From NCBI GenBank assembly GCA_964597015.1, contig CAZQWO010000002.1:3739-38637 (forward strand): 34,899 nucleotides of DNA, written 5' to 3'. Below are positions 16,826 to 24,827 of this stretch, one piece after another. The notes under the pieces were generated by a model. That model searched no databases. It had not been told where the DNA came from and saw only the letters and a list, made by a program, of their open reading frames with translations. Position 1 is the stretch's first letter; every line of letters begins with the position of its first letter. Made by a program: the position numbers and the translations under genes. This DNA is from an uncultured Dehalococcoidaceae bacterium. Its GTDB lineage: Bacteria; Chloroflexota; Dehalococcoidia; Dehalococcoidales; RBG-16-60-22.

Positions 16826-16876
16826 ACATCAAGGCATCACTATTTTAGCGGTAAACCTGGTTGCTGGCAAGTTGAC

Positions 16877-16906
16877 TTGACTTCTTCAGAGTCTGCGCCA
16901 TACAAT
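16877..16906 (+). promoter_or_regulatory. Candidate promoter TTGACT-N18-TACAAT for the Ldh_2 gene
   Basis: Overlapping TTGACTTGACT at 16872..16882 and TACAAT at 16901..16906. AAGGAGG Shine-Dalgarno sequence follows. Confidence 0.4.
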
Positions 16907-16944
16907 CAAAAATGGCTCACCCCATTTTGTTTTAAGGAGGAATT

Positions 16945-18054
16945 ATGGCAGATAGCGATGTTAAGGTAGTGGCGTGGCAACCGCTGAAGGAGTTTACCAA
17001 GGAAGTATTCACCCGGGCCGGCATGCCGCCGGAAGATGCTGAAGCCGAGGCGGGAGCGCTGATATGGGCCAACCTGCGGGCCGTTGACTCTCACGGCGTG
17101 CTGCGTATTCCCTGGTATCTGGACAACATTGAAAAGGGCGTAATGAACCCTAAGCCCAATATAAAACTCATTAAAGAGACTCCGGCGACGATTTTTCTCG
17201 ATGCCGACCGGGCTCTAGGTCCGGTGGTCACCATCAGGGTGGTGGATATGGTGGTGGCAAAGGCGAAGGAGGCGGGCATTGGCTGGGCGCTGATACGCAA
17301 CCTGACCCATCAGGGCGCTCTGGGGTATTATTCGCAGATGATAGCGGAGAAAGGAATGGCGGGGATTGTTTTTGTCTGCAATCCACCCAATATGGCGCCA
17401 TTTGGCGCCAGGGTTGCCGGTGTGCACAACAGCCCGATTGCCATTTCCGTGCCGGCAAAGCGGCATCGCCCGCTCAATCTGGACATGGCGACCAGCGTGG
17501 TCGCTGGCGGCAAGCTCTGGCTGGCCGTGGATAAGAATATACCCATACCGGAAGGCTGGGCACTTGATAAAGAAGGAAAGCCGACCACTGACCCCAAGAA
17601 CGTTGGCGCTCTGCTGCCTTTTGGCGGCCCCAAGGGCTCGGGTCTGTCGATGATGTTCGAGTGTCTTTCCAGTATTATGGCCGGAAATCCGCAGCTGGAG
17701 CCGGCGCTATTCGGTCGCGAAACCGATAAGCCCGATGAAGGCAAGCAGAAGCAGGCCATAGGTGAGCGATTAGCCTACGTACCAAAACATATTCAGAACA
17801 GCGTGGTGGCGGCGATAGATATCAGCACTTTTACCGACCTGGAGAGCTATAAAGAGCATATTGACAACCTTATCGATGGTATAAAAGCGTTGCCCAAGGC
17901 GGAGGGTTTCAGCGAGATTTTTGTCCCCGGTGAACCGGAGGAAAGAACTTTTACCGAGCGTTCCAAGAACGGGATTCCTCTGCCTCAGGGAACCGTCCGC
18001 AACCTGATGGCAGTTTCGGAGAAATTGGGCGTAAAATTACCGCCCGGCCTGTGA
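16945..18054 (+). CDS. Ldh_2 family (malate/L-lactate/sulfolactate-type) NAD(P)H oxidoreductase
   Basis: About 369 aa. LRAVDSHGVLRIPWYL, ALGYYS, FGGPKGSGLSMMFE blocks are characteristic of the type-2 Ldh/Mdh family. Confidence 0.7.
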   Translation: MADSDVKVVAWQPLKEFTKEVFTRAGMPPEDAEAEAGALIWANLRAVDSHGVLRIPWYLDNIEKGVMNPKPNIKLIKETPATIFLDADRALGPVVTIRVVDMVVAKAKEAGIGWALIRNLTHQGALGYYSQMIAEKGMAGIVFVCNPPNMAPFGARVAGVHNSPIAISVPAKRHRPLNLDMATSVVAGGKLWLAVDKNIPIPEGWALDKEGKPTTDPKNVGALLPFGGPKGSGLSMMFECLSSIMAGNPQLEPALFGRETDKPDEGKQKQAIGERLAYVPKHIQNSVVAAIDISTFTDLESYKEHIDNLIDGIKALPKAEGFSEIFVPGEPEERTFTERSKNGIPLPQGTVRNLMAVSEKLGVKLPPGL

Positions 18055-18084
18055 CCGGGCGGCGCACATAATCAAGATTGGCCC

Positions 18085-18288
18085 TTATGATTTTGGAGTT
18101 ATGCCTTCCCTGCGGAATAGCTTCTGAAGCTCTCGGCGAGCCAGCCTGGTTGGCTCGCCGCCCTTCTTCTCCCAGCGCTGCACGGTGGAAAGGCTAACGT
18201 GCATCTCCCGGGCCATGTCTTCCTGTGTCCAGCCCTTCTTTTTACGCAGTTCCTTCAGCTTCTCGGAAAGTCCTTCCATATTCACCAC
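18085..18288 (-). CDS. XRE-family helix-turn-helix transcriptional regulator (about 65 aa)
   Basis: LRKKKGWTQEDMAREMHVSLSTVQRWEK is a canonical HTH_3 motif. The start is GTG 18288 or ATG 18279. Confidence 0.8.
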   Translation of the reverse strand: MVNMEGLSEKLKELRKKKGWTQEDMAREMHVSLSTVQRWEKKGGEPTRLARRELQKLFRREGITPKS

Positions 18289-18326
18289 TTACATAATAAA
18301 AGGTTTTACCTTGTGTAGCACGTGAA

Positions 18327-18356
18327 AGTATAGCACCCCATATGCCCATTTGTCAA
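18327..18356 (-). promoter_or_regulatory. Candidate promoter TTGACA-N18-TATACT for the XRE gene
   Basis: The minus strand reads TTGACAAATGGGCATATGGGGTGCTATACT, about 40-70 nt upstream of the XRE start. Confidence 0.45.
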
Positions 18357-18374
18357 TATGCGTGACATTTGTCA
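18347..18374 (-). promoter_or_regulatory. Operator-like direct repeat TGACAAATG x2 (19-nt spacing) overlapping the -35
   Basis: catttgtca occurs at 18347..18355 and at 18366..18374 on the plus strand. Confidence 0.35.
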
Positions 18375-18556
18375 GAGTAAATATTTAGAATTTTTAATCA
18401 TTAGCCGGCATTAAAACACGTGTAGGCGGTGTTTGTTGAAAAACATTCAACTCAAACTAAAAATGTCTTCTTCTGGCTTGCCATTTGGGCAATTAGCCAG
18501 TACGTTTAGACTGGCATGAAAGTAGGTATTACTAATGATGCCGGTAGTGCAATTTA

Positions 18557-19903
18557 CTATGTTTCAGGCGCAGGACCTATCAGTTCAGGCCACAGTTCCT
18601 CAATCGTCGGCTTGAGTCCGGTCATAACGTCGTCAACGGCCCTGACCGCGGTGTCGATTTCCTTCCGGGTCATAGGAGTTGACATAACATATAGACCTCT
18701 TGACGCTGAGAAGCAACCCCTTTCCAGCATTGCCAGATAGAACAGGTGCAGCAGGTCTTTATTGGCTTCCCTGGCCGCTTTGCCGTTTATCACCGGCTGG
18801 TCATGGAAATGGATGTTCTGCAGCGAGCCTATTCCGGTAACCTGCCCCTTGACGTTAAGTCGCTTGAAGATAGCCCGGACACCGTCGGCAAAAGACTCGC
18901 CGAGCTTGTTTATGTACTTTATGACGTCGGTGTTAAGTTGCTCCATGGTGGCCACGCCGGCAGTGGCGGTCATGGGATTGGCGTTCAGCGTACCGGCATG
19001 GTAGACCTTTCTTATCTCAGGGGAGAACATCTGCATCAGGTCTTCACGTCCGCCAACGGCACCAACCGGATAGCCGCCGCCGATGATTTTAGCCATGGTG
19101 GTGAGGTCGGGCTTGATTTTATAGATACTCTGGACGCCTCCCCAGGCCAGCCTCAGGCTGATTACCTCATCGAGGATGAACATGATGCCGTTATCTTGTG
19201 TGACCTTGCGCAGGAACTCAAGATAGCCGTCGCGTGGGGGTATCAAGCCAGAGGCACCCATCGCCCCCTCAACGATGACCGCAGCCAGCCTGTCTTTGTT
19301 CTCCGCAATGGCTTTCGCTGCGGCTTCCTTGTCATTGTAGGGAACGATGATGGACTCGGCCCTGTTGCCCTTCGATATGCCGGTGGCGTCGGAGGGAAAG
19401 ACTATGGGGTCGTAGCTCCCGTGATAGCAGCCGTCTGTTTTCAGGAGCATGTCCTTGCCGGTAAGGCCCCGGGCCAGGCGTATGGCCATCATCACCGCCT
19501 CCGTCCCAGAGTTGCCAAACCTGACCTTGTCCACGGAGTCGACCATGTTGCAGACGAGTTCTGCCCAGCGTACCACGGTGGGAATGAGTGCTCCAAATGC
19601 GGTGCCCTTCGCTGCCTGTTCCCTCACCGCCGCCACCACTTTGGGATTGGCGTGACCGAGAATCATGGTGGTGTAGCAGTTGTGGAAGTCAATGTACTCG
19701 TTGCCGTCAACGTCGGTGAACCGGCAGCCTTCCGCTTTATCTATCCAGAAGGGATAGGGGTCAAACCAGATTGAGGTGCGGGTATCACCGCCCGGCATAT
19801 ATTGGCGCGCTTTGGCCATCGTTTCACTTGATTTTTTCGTCCTCCGACGATAGGTATCTTCATATTTTTTGGTGACTTCAGCCACCAACTTTTCTCGGGA
19901 CAT
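18557..19903 (-). CDS. Class-III PLP aminotransferase (GSA-aminomutase/omega-transaminase-like)
   Basis: YMPGGDTR, DVDGNEYIDFH....TMILGHANP, DEVISLRL and the PLP-Lys region. The ATG at 19903 lies behind AGGAGAGAG; the ORF-track start at 19975 is less likely. Confidence 0.8.
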   Translation of the reverse strand: MSREKLVAEVTKKYEDTYRRRTKKSSETMAKARQYMPGGDTRTSIWFDPYPFWIDKAEGCRFTDVDGNEYIDFHNCYTTMILGHANPKVVAAVREQAAKGTAFGALIPTVVRWAELVCNMVDSVDKVRFGNSGTEAVMMAIRLARGLTGKDMLLKTDGCYHGSYDPIVFPSDATGISKGNRAESIIVPYNDKEAAAKAIAENKDRLAAVIVEGAMGASGLIPPRDGYLEFLRKVTQDNGIMFILDEVISLRLAWGGVQSIYKIKPDLTTMAKIIGGGYPVGAVGGREDLMQMFSPEIRKVYHAGTLNANPMTATAGVATMEQLNTDVIKYINKLGESFADGVRAIFKRLNVKGQVTGIGSLQNIHFHDQPVINGKAAREANKDLLHLFYLAMLERGCFSASRGLYVMSTPMTRKEIDTAVRAVDDVMTGLKPTIEELWPELIGPAPET

Positions 19904-20077
19904 TTGACTCTCTCCTTTCCTGTAGTTCAAACACGGCCTTGCTATGTGCTGAAAGACAATGAGGTATGATAACAAATATCTTATAACAAATTAACCATGT
20001 ATGACAATTAAATTTATAGATGTCCCGGGTTTCGCTTCCTTTCATATTTATATTAATTTGCGCCAGGACGGAAATCC

Positions 20078-20106
20078 TTGACAAAAAACGCCCGACTGCC
20101 TAAAGT
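20078..20106 (+). promoter_or_regulatory. Candidate promoter TTGACA-N17-TAAAGT for amidohydrolase P2
   Basis: Perfect -35 at 20078..20083 and -10 at 20101..20106, followed by AGGAGGG and the ATG at 20145. Confidence 0.4.
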
Positions 20107-20144
20107 GTCCGAGGAATATCCATTAAAATAATCAGGAGGGATGC

Positions 20145-21128
20145 ATGGCTGATTTTGAAATCATTGACGCTCATATTCACCTGGCAAGGACCATGGAGGA
20201 GGAGAGCAACTACTGGCTTTTCCCGGGGCGCCGGGCATGTGACCGGTATGGTACGCCGGAGAGGGCCGTCGAGTATATGGAGCAGGAAGGCATCTCCAAG
20301 ATGGTCATCATGACCCTGATTGGCCGCCAGTACCGCGGCCCCCTGCTGGAAAAACCGAAGTTAGCCAAGCTGCCCGATAAGCAGCGACGGGAAGCGGAGA
20401 AGAAAATCGGCGAGCAGGTCGGCCCTAAAATACGCGAGGTCAATGAGTGGAGCTGCGGAGTAGCCAAGCGTTTCCCGCAGCTTGTCTCTTTCAGCTGCCT
20501 GGCGCCGGAGCTGGGCGGTGCCGAAGGCATGGTCAAAGAAGTGGAGGTAAGAGTAAGCCAGGGGGCAAAGGGAATCAAGCTTCATCCCGGCATGTTCTCC
20601 TTCTTCCCCGATGATGAGGTCATGTTCCCGGCGTACGAGAAATGCCAGGAGCTGGGACTGCCGGTGCTGGCTGACTCGGGGACCTGGCCGACGCCGCATG
20701 TCCTGGTGGAATACCCTTCGCCGGTATTAATGGCAGCGCAGTCGGCGGTGATTGATTACGCTGAGCCCAAGAACTGGGCCAAGGCGGCCGCGACGTTCCC
20801 GCGCCTTAAAATTGTCCTCGCCCACCTGGGCTCGGCCTGGTGGGACGAGAGGGTGGAGCTGGCGCAGAAGTACCCCAACGTTTATTTTGATACCTCTCAG
20901 GGGTTCTCGGCACCGGACCGTATTCCTTACAGTACGTATAGGGGTCTGGCGGAAGCAGACGTGCCGCGCATCTTCCGAAAAATCGGCATAGACCGGATAC
21001 TTTTCGGCACCGATTTCCCGGCGCTGGCACCGCAGCCGCAGCTGGAGCAGATAATACGCCTGCCACTGACCGACGAAGAAAAGCGCAAAATTCTGGCGGA
21101 GAACGCCAAGCGCGTTTACAACATTTAA
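20145..21128 (+). CDS. Amidohydrolase_2-type metal-dependent hydrolase (paralog P2, 327 aa)
   Basis: IDAHIHL, KLHPG, LAHLG, FDTS, FGTD. Gap-free alignment with P1 and P3. Confidence 0.8.
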   Translation: MADFEIIDAHIHLARTMEEESNYWLFPGRRACDRYGTPERAVEYMEQEGISKMVIMTLIGRQYRGPLLEKPKLAKLPDKQRREAEKKIGEQVGPKIREVNEWSCGVAKRFPQLVSFSCLAPELGGAEGMVKEVEVRVSQGAKGIKLHPGMFSFFPDDEVMFPAYEKCQELGLPVLADSGTWPTPHVLVEYPSPVLMAAQSAVIDYAEPKNWAKAAATFPRLKIVLAHLGSAWWDERVELAQKYPNVYFDTSQGFSAPDRIPYSTYRGLAEADVPRIFRKIGIDRILFGTDFPALAPQPQLEQIIRLPLTDEEKRKILAENAKRVYNI

Positions 21129-21147
21129 ACCTTTGCGGTCAGGAAAA

Positions 21148-21191
21148 AAGGAGGCAGGGGCGCCCCAGTTACGGAAATACCCTGCCTCCTT
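21148..21191. terminator. Bidirectional intrinsic terminator between convergent genes
   Basis: Perfect 12-bp stem AAGGAGGCAGGG / CCCTGCCTCCTT with a 20-nt loop. An A-run lies upstream and GCTTTTT downstream. Confidence 0.6.
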
Positions 21192-21198
21192 GCTTTTT

Positions 21199-22023
21199 CT
21201 ACAGTCCCAGCAGCGACTTTATCTCATCAATGGCCGGTTTCAGTTTTTCGTAGTTGTTGTCGATAACATAGCCCAGCATGAAGAGCTGGTAGCCTTCCTT
21301 GGCCCACTTGGCCAGGCCCTTGGGGGCAAAGCCGCCGATGCCCGCCACCTTGCCCATCTTTTTACTGATATGGCCAATCTCCCGCAGTCTTTCCTCCACT
21401 ATCGGCGCGCTCACTGTCTCAGAGCGCAGCATTTTGGGCGGTGTCCCATAGATATCCATCACCAGGTCGTTGGTGCCCACAATGGTGCCGGTAACACCCT
21501 CAAGGCTGAGTATCCGGTGCAGGTTGCCGATGCCCTCCACGCTTTCGGTCATTGGAAAGAGCACGACGTTATCGTTCACGTATTGGCAGATGTCCGAGAG
21601 CGGCATCTCCGCCAGGTTCTGAGAATCCATTAGATACGGGCTCATGCCGACCCCCGAGCCGCGGTGGCCGATGGGTGAAAAGTAGCACTGGTCGATGGCG
21701 AATATCGTTTCCTCGACCGTGTTGACACAGGGCAACATCATCCCGTTGATGCCGGCGTCCATGTAGCACCGGAAGTGGCCGTCTTTGTCCTCGGGCCTCA
21801 TCAGGATGGGCATCTCCAGCTTCCGCGAGACGCGAATATACTCAAATATCGTTTCTTTATCTACCAGGCTGTGCTCGGTCTCCATCATGATAAAATCGAA
21901 GCCGAAATCTTTAAGTGCCTGTACCGTTTTCTCCGGGTCATTCCTCGGCCCGATGGTCTGCCCGAAGACTATCTTGCCTTTCTGCAGTTCCTTTTTGAAG
22001 TTGAGCGTAACGTTCAGTGCCAT
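21199..22023 (-). CDS. HpcH/HpaI-family 2-keto-3-deoxy-acid aldolase
   Basis: FGFDFIMMETEHS, MRPEDKD and divalent-metal Glu/Asp positions. The ATG at 22023 lies 7 nt after an AAGGAGG that overlaps the fdhA stop codon. Confidence 0.75.
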   Translation of the reverse strand: MALNVTLNFKKELQKGKIVFGQTIGPRNDPEKTVQALKDFGFDFIMMETEHSLVDKETIFEYIRVSRKLEMPILMRPEDKDGHFRCYMDAGINGMMLPCVNTVEETIFAIDQCYFSPIGHRGSGVGMSPYLMDSQNLAEMPLSDICQYVNDNVVLFPMTESVEGIGNLHRILSLEGVTGTIVGTNDLVMDIYGTPPKMLRSETVSAPIVEERLREIGHISKKMGKVAGIGGFAPKGLAKWAKEGYQLFMLGYVIDNNYEKLKPAIDEIKSLLGL

Positions 22024-22033
22024 ATAAACCTCC

Positions 22034-24790
22034 TTATTTTTTTTCAATCCTCACCGCGGAGACTTTGAATTCGGGTATCTTTGCCAGAGGGTCTAATGCC
22101 GGGTTTGTCAGCGCATTTGCCGGAGATTCACGCCAGTGAAAGGCCAGAAAAGCCAGTCCGGGGGAGGATTTATCGGTTACCCGCACCGGCACTTCTATTT
22201 TGCCGCGCTCGGAAGCTATGGTCACCAGGTCGCCATCGGTGATGCCGAGCTTGGCGGCGTCATCGGGATGTATATCCACCACGCCATAGGGAATGAGCTT
22301 GTCCAGGACCTCGGCCCTTCTGGTCATGGTGCCGGTATGCCAGTGCTCCAGCACGCGACCGGTAGTCAGTATCATGGGATATGATTCGGAAACTGCTTCC
22401 GCCGGAGGCCGGTATTCTACGGCATGGAATTTCCCCAGGCCGCGGGTAAATTTACCCACATGGAGTATGGGCGTGCCAGGGTCAGACTTATCAACGCAGG
22501 GCCATTGCAGTCCATAGCCATCCAGCCGATTATGGTGAATGCCGCCATATATTGGGGTGAGGGCGGCTATCTCTGCCATTATCTCGGCGGCATTTTTGTA
22601 GCCAAAGGGTCGGCCCATTTTCGCCGCGAGTTCAGATACAATCTGCCAGTCCGGCCTAGCCTCTCCCGGCGGGTCAACCGCTTTCCTCAGTTTTTGCACC
22701 CGCCTTTCCGTGCTGGTGTAGGTTCCGTCCTTTTCGGCGAAAGCGGCGGCGGGGAGGATAACGTCGGCGAGGACAGCGGTCTCGCTGGGGAATATGTCCT
22801 GGACCGCCAGAAATTCAAGTTTTTGCAGAGCCTGCTTTACATGGCTGATATGTGGCTCGCTCAGCATCGGGTTCTCGCCGATGATGTACATGGCCTTGAT
22901 TTTACCCTGATGGGCCGCTTCCACCATTTCCGTAACCGGCAGCCCTGGCGTTTCACTTAAAGTCGCGCCCCAGGCCGACTCAAATTTGGCCCTGTTTTCC
23001 GGGACGTTCACCCGCTGATACCCGGGATAGACGTTGGGCAGAGCACCCATATCGCAGGCACCCTGAACGTTGTTCTGGCCCCGCAGCGGACTGAATCCGG
23101 TGCCCTCCCGGCCCATATTGCCCGTCAGCATCAGCAGGTTGGCCACGCTTTTAACATTATCGGTGCCGGTGGTGTGCTGCGTTATGCCCATGCTGTAGAG
23201 AATGGCCGCCCGGTCGGCTCTGGCAAAGAGGCGGGCCGCTTTCACGATGTCGGCCTGCGGTACCCCGGTTATCTCTTCGGCCATCTTCGGGGTGTAGCTC
23301 TTGACCGTCGCGGCCAGCTCCTCGAATCCTTCCGTACGCTGCTGTATGAATTCTTGGTCATGCAGTCCTTCTTCAATGATGACGTGCATGATGGCGTTCA
23401 GCAGGGCCACATCTGTTCCGGGCTTATGCCGCAGATGAATCGTAGCCCGTCTGGCAAGGTCGATATTACGGGGGTCAACCACTATCAGTTTAGTCTCTCC
23501 GGATTCTATCTTCTGGCGGATGATTCGCCCGATGATGGGATGGCATTCCGTGGTGTTGGACCCGATGACGAAGAGGAGGTCGGCTTTGGCAAAGTCGGCT
23601 ATCGAGTTGCTCATGGCCCCATCACCGAAGGCAGCCAGGGCAGCGACCACCGTAGAGGCATGGCAGAGACGGGCACAGTGGTCCACGTTGTTGGTGCCCA
23701 GGACGGCACGGGCGAACTTCTGCACCACAAAATTTTCCTCGTTGGTGAATTTGGCGGAGCTCAGCACTCCGAGGCTATCCGGCCCGTATTTCTCTTTGAC
23801 GCGCGTGAGCTTACTGGCTACCAGAGCTAGAGCTTCATCCCAGCTGGCCTCGCGGAAAACTTCCCCGAAGTTGCCATCAACCTCGACATCCTTGCCATAG
23901 CCCTCTTTTCTGATGAGGGGCCTGGTTAACCGGTTGGGATGGCTGATAAAGTCGAAGCCGAACCGGCCTTTGACGCAGAGCCCGCCCCGGTTTACCGGGC
24001 TCTCTTCATCCCCCCTCACGGCCACGATTTCATTGCCGCGAATACCCAGATATATGGAGCAACCGACGCCGCAGTATGGACATATCGTTTTCACCTCATG
24101 CGCTGGCTGCACGGTGTGTTTGGGTAAAAGAGAGCCAGTGGGACACCGGGCGAGACATTCGCCACAGGACTCGCATATCGATTCAATAATGGACTTATCC
24201 CCCATGGTGCTTACTTTGGCCGCATAGCCCCGGAAGGCGATGTCAATGGCGCCGACGCCGGCAATTTCGTGGCAGGCGCGCACGCATTTCCCGCAGAGGA
24301 TGCACTTGTTAGGGTCGCGGATAAAGGCGGGGTGGCCGTCGTCAACGGGCAATATCTGCGTGCTTTTACGCAGTCGGTCGAAGTGTTCCTGCTCTATATT
24401 GAGGTAACGCGCTATCTTCTGCAGTTCGCACTGCTGGTTTTTGGCACAGGTAAGACAATCGCCGTGATGATTTGCTATAATCAGCTCCATGGCGATGCGC
24501 CGCACCTGATTTACCGCCGGCGTCTCGGTGTGCACCACCATACCGTCAGCCGCGACAGTGGTACATGAAGTTGGAAGACCACGCATACCCTCAATCTCAA
24601 CTATGCACAGGCGGCAGGCCCCGTACGGCGTCAGGTCAGGGTCGTAGCAAAGCGTGGGGATGTATATGCCGGCACTCAGGGCTGCTTCCAGCACGGTGCT
24701 TCCCTTCGGCGCCTGGACTGCCTTGCCACCAATGGTCAGGGTGACGGTGCCAATTTTTTCTGCTGCAGCAGTTGCGACCTTTGAGGTCAT
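22034..24790 (-). CDS. fdhA: Formate dehydrogenase catalytic subunit: NuoG-like Fe-S N-terminus fused to a Mo/W-bis-MGD domain, Cys type
   Basis: 2Fe-2S CYDP..CRLC, HHGDCLTCAKNQQC, two CxxCxxCxxxCP motifs, MopB CPYCGVGC...CVKG, active site VDHCARLCHASTV (Cys-His, no in-frame TGA) and LRGQNNVQG. Confidence 0.88.
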   Translation of the reverse strand: MTSKVATAAAEKIGTVTLTIGGKAVQAPKGSTVLEAALSAGIYIPTLCYDPDLTPYGACRLCIVEIEGMRGLPTSCTTVAADGMVVHTETPAVNQVRRIAMELIIANHHGDCLTCAKNQQCELQKIARYLNIEQEHFDRLRKSTQILPVDDGHPAFIRDPNKCILCGKCVRACHEIAGVGAIDIAFRGYAAKVSTMGDKSIIESICESCGECLARCPTGSLLPKHTVQPAHEVKTICPYCGVGCSIYLGIRGNEIVAVRGDEESPVNRGGLCVKGRFGFDFISHPNRLTRPLIRKEGYGKDVEVDGNFGEVFREASWDEALALVASKLTRVKEKYGPDSLGVLSSAKFTNEENFVVQKFARAVLGTNNVDHCARLCHASTVVAALAAFGDGAMSNSIADFAKADLLFVIGSNTTECHPIIGRIIRQKIESGETKLIVVDPRNIDLARRATIHLRHKPGTDVALLNAIMHVIIEEGLHDQEFIQQRTEGFEELAATVKSYTPKMAEEITGVPQADIVKAARLFARADRAAILYSMGITQHTTGTDNVKSVANLLMLTGNMGREGTGFSPLRGQNNVQGACDMGALPNVYPGYQRVNVPENRAKFESAWGATLSETPGLPVTEMVEAAHQGKIKAMYIIGENPMLSEPHISHVKQALQKLEFLAVQDIFPSETAVLADVILPAAAFAEKDGTYTSTERRVQKLRKAVDPPGEARPDWQIVSELAAKMGRPFGYKNAAEIMAEIAALTPIYGGIHHNRLDGYGLQWPCVDKSDPGTPILHVGKFTRGLGKFHAVEYRPPAEAVSESYPMILTTGRVLEHWHTGTMTRRAEVLDKLIPYGVVDIHPDDAAKLGITDGDLVTIASERGKIEVPVRVTDKSSPGLAFLAFHWRESPANALTNPALDPLAKIPEFKVSAVRIEKK

Positions 24791-24827
24791 TTACTCACTC
24801 CTTTGTCAGCCAGAATACCACTGGCTT

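Noticed and set aside
13973-16900. Calling the tRNA-Arg-linked region a bona fide integrative element or genomic island (mobile_element feature).
   Set aside because: No integrase, excisionase, transposase or conjugation gene is present in the window. Only the att-like repeats are seen, so it is reported as a finding and not annotated as a mobile element.
18085-18556. A toxin-antitoxin or Abi-type module partnered with the small XRE gene.
   Set aside because: No adjacent co-oriented small ORF with a ribosome-binding site could be read in either flank. The neighbouring genes are ordinary metabolic enzymes.
22034-24790. Possible selenocysteine recoding or a SECIS element in the formate dehydrogenase.
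   Set aside because: The ORF is uninterrupted, and the active-site position reads Cys-His (..HCARLCHAS..). There is no in-frame TGA, so no recoding is needed.
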